Of a stretch of DNA of 64,000 nucleotides, positions 1-64,000 are shown piece by piece. A program made the position numbers and the translations under genes. Under the pieces are notes generated by a model. It saw only the letters and a program-made list of their open reading frames with translations. It ran no database searches and had not been told where the DNA came from. The number at the start of each line of letters is the position of its first letter. Positions within the stretch are counted from its first letter, which is position 1. Source of the DNA: Octopus vulgaris (Eukaryota); contig OX597818.1 in NCBI GenBank assembly GCA_951406725.2, positions 42,036,001 through 42,100,000 on the forward strand. Direction: 5' to 3'.

Positions 1-45
<45 letters not shown>

Positions 46-879
46 CACACTGTTGTTCTTATATAGTCCCAGCTCAGCTCAGCTTTGGTCAACCAGATTT
101 ATAATCAGAGTGTTCCAGTTATGACCATCCTATTTTATTCTCAGACAACGAATCAAAGTGTCTATTTTATCCTATGTGTTCTTTATTTTAAAGATGTTAA
201 GGTATAGTTTTGAAGGAATTTCACTGCTACATTTAACAGGTCAAATAAACATACAGGGATTTTCCCATTAACTTATGATAGATAAATAGATAGATAGATA
301 GATAGATAGATAGAGAGGGAGAGAGAGTGAGAGAGAGAGTAGGAGAGAGATTATGTCTTATTAGAAAACATAAGTGTACTCAGTACACACTTGTGATGAA
401 AGTGTGTAGGGATCAGTAATATATTTTTAATGTGCAGTATGACTGGTAAATATTAATCCATATCTGTGCTTCACTCAACTCACATCACACAAGAACAAAG
501 CTGTTTTCATTAGTAAAGATAAAAGAATAGAAAGTGGCTGGTGTTGTAGCCATTGATCATGTTACAGACACACTCAGAGTTTTAGTAGCTGTTAGATTAA
601 GTAGCATATCAGGAAGTTTTTCTCTTAAAGTTTTACAATAGAAATTTGGTGGTATGTTGACAGATTGAAATTTGTTCAGACTTAGGATAAGGTTAGGGTG
701 ACATTATGTATTACATACAGTTTCTCTATGATGTTAAGATCATTTATGAAAGACTAGTGAATCTAAGACCAATCATTTTATATTTACTCTATTTTTCTTA
801 TTGCTTGTCTCCAAAATAAATATTGATAAAATCAAAACAGTTTATGTTTTATGGTGCAGTGTCAGAATAACCTGCTGTG

Positions 880-1107
880 TTAACCATTTTGTTGCTGTAT
901 TTATTTTGAGATGCTCTGCATTTCTCTCAATTACTTGAAATATAACAAAGAATTTAGTAAAATAACCTAGTTATCATTCAGCTAGTATTAGGAACATAAA
1001 TAGCGACTAAGGTTTGATGGAAAATTTTTATTCAAAACTTATGAAAACAAGATATTTGTACTCAGAACCAGAGCTGGTTTCAGCTGGGTTGGTAGCAAAA
1101 GGGTTAA
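880..1107. mobile_element. TTAA-flanked MITE (piggyBac-like), decayed
   Basis: Termini ttaacc...aaagggttaa. Confidence 0.45.
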
Positions 1108-2198
1108 TGGAGTCAAGTTTTAGATGAGTGATTCACAAGGTCTGTGTAGTTATTAGAAGCTTTTATAGCTATTATATCACCACAGTAGACAATACTCTTT
1201 CAGAGACATATTCCTGTAGGTAAAAATGACTTATGTATTGTACATATGCAAAGTGAGTCTTTGTATCTGGTTATATTACATATGTTCATTATGATAGAAA
1301 AATTTGTGGTTTCTGTTGAAAAATGACTTAGTACAGTCAAAATTTACAGAGTAAGCACATAGCTCTTTTGTTTACTTCTTTCCTTTTATGAACATAGTTT
1401 TACTGCCATGCAAAATAAGTAGTGTGAAATCCAAGTATGGATTAAAAATTTCAACCTCACTCACAAAAACACATGCATGCAAGCTCTGTATTATGTGTTA
1501 TTGGTGAGTTTACAAATGAACACAGTATAAGTTAGCACAATTATGTGGTATGTGTAATTAATATATCATTAGTACATATGTGAATTGGTTCATCTGTGTG
1601 TATATACGCAAACCTACATCTTCCTCCTCCTATCATCTTCTTCCTCATCACTGTCATCAATTTATATATATTATATATATATATTTATATATACACATGG
1701 ACGTATATATAAATACATATATATATAATATATATATTACCAATTATATACTTTTTATTTATTATTTTTTACTTTACTCAATATGTTTTTATTGTAAATC
1801 TAATTTTCTTTCTATATGTTATAATTTAATTATATCATTGTTATTTCATTGATGAATTGATAAAAGGTTGGTTCTTCTCTAATTTATATACATATATTAT
1901 ATATTGTGAAATTTGATTTAGCATTACTAAATTCAATTTTTCCCCGTAAGTTTGGAATAATATTCCCTAATATTATATATATATATATATATATATAAAT
2001 GTAAGATCCATATAAAAAATATAAAAATAATAAATCGTTATTATTTCGTATATTTTCATTTGTCTTGCTTATTTTTTACACTTTGGTTTGTGCTGAGTTT
2101 TATTTGAGAACACATTCTTTGTGGAAAATAGCGATTTTGACGTCTATATCTAGCATATTGACTGTCCACTTTTAGTGGTCAGTCCTTTAAATTTTGTA

Positions 2199-2269
<71 letters not shown>

Positions 2270-2357
2270 ATGCATATATATATATATATATCTTGATAAA
2301 AATGGTAAGATAACAAAAGAATGAAAGAGACCTTGATTTTATGTAAATAGAGGAATT

Positions 2358-2576
2358 TATCTGTAAATGTAATATGTGACAATTATTCGGTAGCCATGAT
2401 AAAACTCTGAGTTTTGGATGCTGAGGTGGAAATCCACACTGCCATCTCTTTAGCTAGCATTTTTCCCGATGGCCGGATAACTGAAGAGATGGCAGCGTGG
2501 ATTTCCACCTCGGCATCCAAAACTCGGAGTTTTATTATGGCTACCGAATAATTGTCACATATTACATTTACAGATA
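2358..2576. repeat. Palindromic (fold-back) element next to TA microsatellites
   Basis: About 95-bp arms tatctgtaaatgtaatatgtgacaattattcggtagcc... and ...ggctaccgaataattgtcacatattacatttacagata are reverse complements. Confidence 0.85.
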
Positions 2577-2752
2577 TATATATATATATGAAATACACAT
2601 GCATGTATGTATGTATGTATATATGCATGTATATATAAATATGTGTATGTGTATTTGTATGTATACAGAGAGTGAGAGAGAAAGAGATAAAGAAAAAGGG
2701 AGAGAGAGATAAAGAAAAAGGGAGAGAGAGAGAGAGTGAGGGAGAGAGAGAA

Positions 2753-2791
<39 letters not shown>

Positions 2792-2888
2792 CATGCAGAC
2801 AATATGTTCATGCATCAAATTTTGCAGCCAGTAAAATAATGAATTCCATAAAAGTCCAAACTGGTGAAACTTATGTAAGAATACATAC

Positions 2889-61900
<59,012 letters not shown>

Positions 61901-62359
61901 CTGTCAAAATACAATACATAAAAAAAGTTTATATATGGAAAAGTTTATTTTATGAAAATACATAAATTTCAAAGATACATTTACATACCCTGTGAGATAA
62001 ATATAGTGACAGAAATTGATATTAGTTCCTAGGGTTATGTTAAGGTTTGAAAGGCTGCGGTTAGTAAGGTGAGGTAAAATGCTATAATCCACTCACCTCT
62101 GTGAATTGTAAAGTAGAGGACTGCTACCCCACTGCATAATCAACCATTTCCATCACTGGCTATATACTTTTATGAGTATGTTTTATTTGTGCATACATAT
62201 GTATATGTTAACATATGACTATGCTTATGTCACTGAGCAGAAAGGCTTGGTGGAACATTTATGTGCATACATTTGCAGAACTGTAAGTGCATCTTATAAT
62301 ATCTGCATGTATGCATTAGAAGTTAAGCATTAACATCTATTTGTATTGTGTAAGTATGT

Positions 62360-62424
<65 letters not shown>

Positions 62425-62799
62425 TATAAGAGCCATAGATGAAATTCTTTGCCTTTACATCACTTAGCTCATTTTGTTTAATCTATACAAATTACCTTGG
62501 CTATAAATATGATGCAAACCTTTCTATATGTCTATGACCCTTGGCTGCTGGAGATAGGTTAGAACAATTATTATACTAATAATGCTTATTGAGGCAAAAA
62601 CAAATGTCCATATCTGTCCTCTTATCTTTAATAGCATGTCAACTTTGGAGACTTCTTAAATCTTGATATCATCTCCTGTACTGTTTAGTCTAGAATGGAC
62701 TAAACAGAACAGAAGGATACATTTGGGATGGAAGAGTTAATGAAGAAGTCAAAGATTTCCAGACAATGGATATATGATAAAATATCATCTCCCTTTCTA

Positions 62800-64000
62800 A
62801 TATGGTGTTGGTATCAACTTTCATGGAAAGTTCTGAGCGTTTTTTAATATGCAAAAAGTGATAAAAATAATTGACCTTTCAATAGATTTTATTCAATGAA
62901 ATAATTTCTATTATTATTAATGACCATTGCCCATTTTTCAGGCAATTTAAATATTCCATCAGCATAAAATTTGAGTGGTTTTGAAGAAAAAAGTTACCAA
63001 GATGCATTTTGACTCCATCTAAACGAGTTTTGTAGAGACAAAAACAAATGGTAGTTGGGTGGCATGACATCAGGAGAATATGGTGGATGAGGTAAGAGAT
63101 CTCAGCCAGGTTCATGTAACTTTGTTCAGGTAGCCAAAGACACATGTGATCGGGCATTGTCTTGTTAGAACACTACCACTTTCTTGTTGGGAATCTCCAG
63201 CCTCAATTCTTTGAATTTTTGCTTCAAATTGGCCAGCTGACAACAGTACACATCAGAATTAAGGGTCTGGTGTTGTGGGAAAAGCTCATAATAAATAATG
63301 CCTTTATGATCCCACCAAACACAAAGCATAGCTTTTTTGATATGGATATTTGTCTTTGGTTGCTGTTTTGGGGGATCTTTATGTAAATACCAGGATATTT
63401 TTTGCACTACATTTTCGTACACAATCCATTTTTCACCTCTGGTCACAATTTGTTTCAAAATAGGCGTGCTTTCATTCTTATTCAAAAACATATCACAAAC
63501 AGAATACTAGTCCAAGCAATTCTTTTCTGAGTGTTTGTGAGGGACCCATACATTATAGCAAGAAATGTACCCTAGTTTCAGTAGGTGTTCATGAGTTATA
63601 CTTTTAGAAACTTCCAATTCCTCTGCAAGTTCTCTAGTCATGATATTTGAGTTTTCTTTGATTTTTTCCTTCAAAACATCTTCATCCAATTTGAAGGTCT
63701 ACCACTGCAACTGTCATCTTCCAAGCTAAACTCTCCAGCTTTAAATTATGCAAACCACCTTCGAACAGTTGATTCCCCTACAGCATCATCACCATAAACT
63801 TCACGAATGATTTTGCAAGTCTTTACAACATTTTCTCCTTCTTTACAAAAGAAAAGCATTACAATGCAAATATGAAATTTTTGGTTGTCCATTTCAAATG
63901 TCAATAAAGGGTAACTGGAATGAAAGATAAATCTATCTTTAGTCAGGAACAAAAAAGAAATGCACTACCGCTTCAGGCAACACCAAAATTTCAACTGTGT
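62800..64000 (-). mobile_element. Mariner (Mos1/Hsmar-like) transposase pseudogene
   Basis: VYGDDAVGESTVRRWF, WVPH, IVTRGEKWIVYEN, MLCVWWDHKGIIYYEL across frameshifted ORFs. Confidence 0.9.

Noticed and set aside
1580-2811. ORFs rich in YI/HT/SL/CV dipeptides (also at 19727-20657, 23348-23706, 39060-39413, 59640-60585)
   Set aside because: These are translations of microsatellites with no coding signal.
1-2888. Search for the Asp (DIAL) and Ser (GDSGGP) protease exons
   Set aside because: No matching minus-strand exon found by eye. They probably lie beyond the window start, so catalytic competence cannot be confirmed.
62097-62160. Possible upstream exon ending at a gtgagt donor (62091-62096)
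   Set aside because: No convincing open frame, signal peptide or acceptor in the required phase.

Overview
This is AT-rich, microsatellite-dense eukaryotic DNA. The SINE families and repeat content suggest an octopus or other cephalopod (inference). Almost the whole window is one minus-strand, intron-rich gene that the ORF track mostly misses. I reconstructed 24 exons by hand (61900 down to 2889, 2869 nt, about 956 codons). All have GT-AG boundaries and compatible phases and give one uninterrupted reading frame. It encodes a mosaic S1A serine protease: C-type lectin, kringle, Thr-rich linker, 5x LDLa, PAN/apple, LDLa, SRCR, LDLa, SRCR, Thr-rich linker, trypsin domain. The trypsin part in the window covers the activation site K|IVNG and the His motif SAAHC. 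I did not find the N-terminus or the Asp/Ser exons, which probably lie outside the window. The five-LDLa array arose by tandem duplication of a two-exon cassette, and intron homology is still visible. The introns carry tRNA-derived SINEs, RTE and CR1-like LINE fragments, Penelope-like elements (one with hammerhead-like motifs and nested insertions), Gypsy remnants, mariner/Tc1 relics, Helentron-type elements, MITEs and long hairpins. No prokaryotic features or CRISPR arrays are supported.
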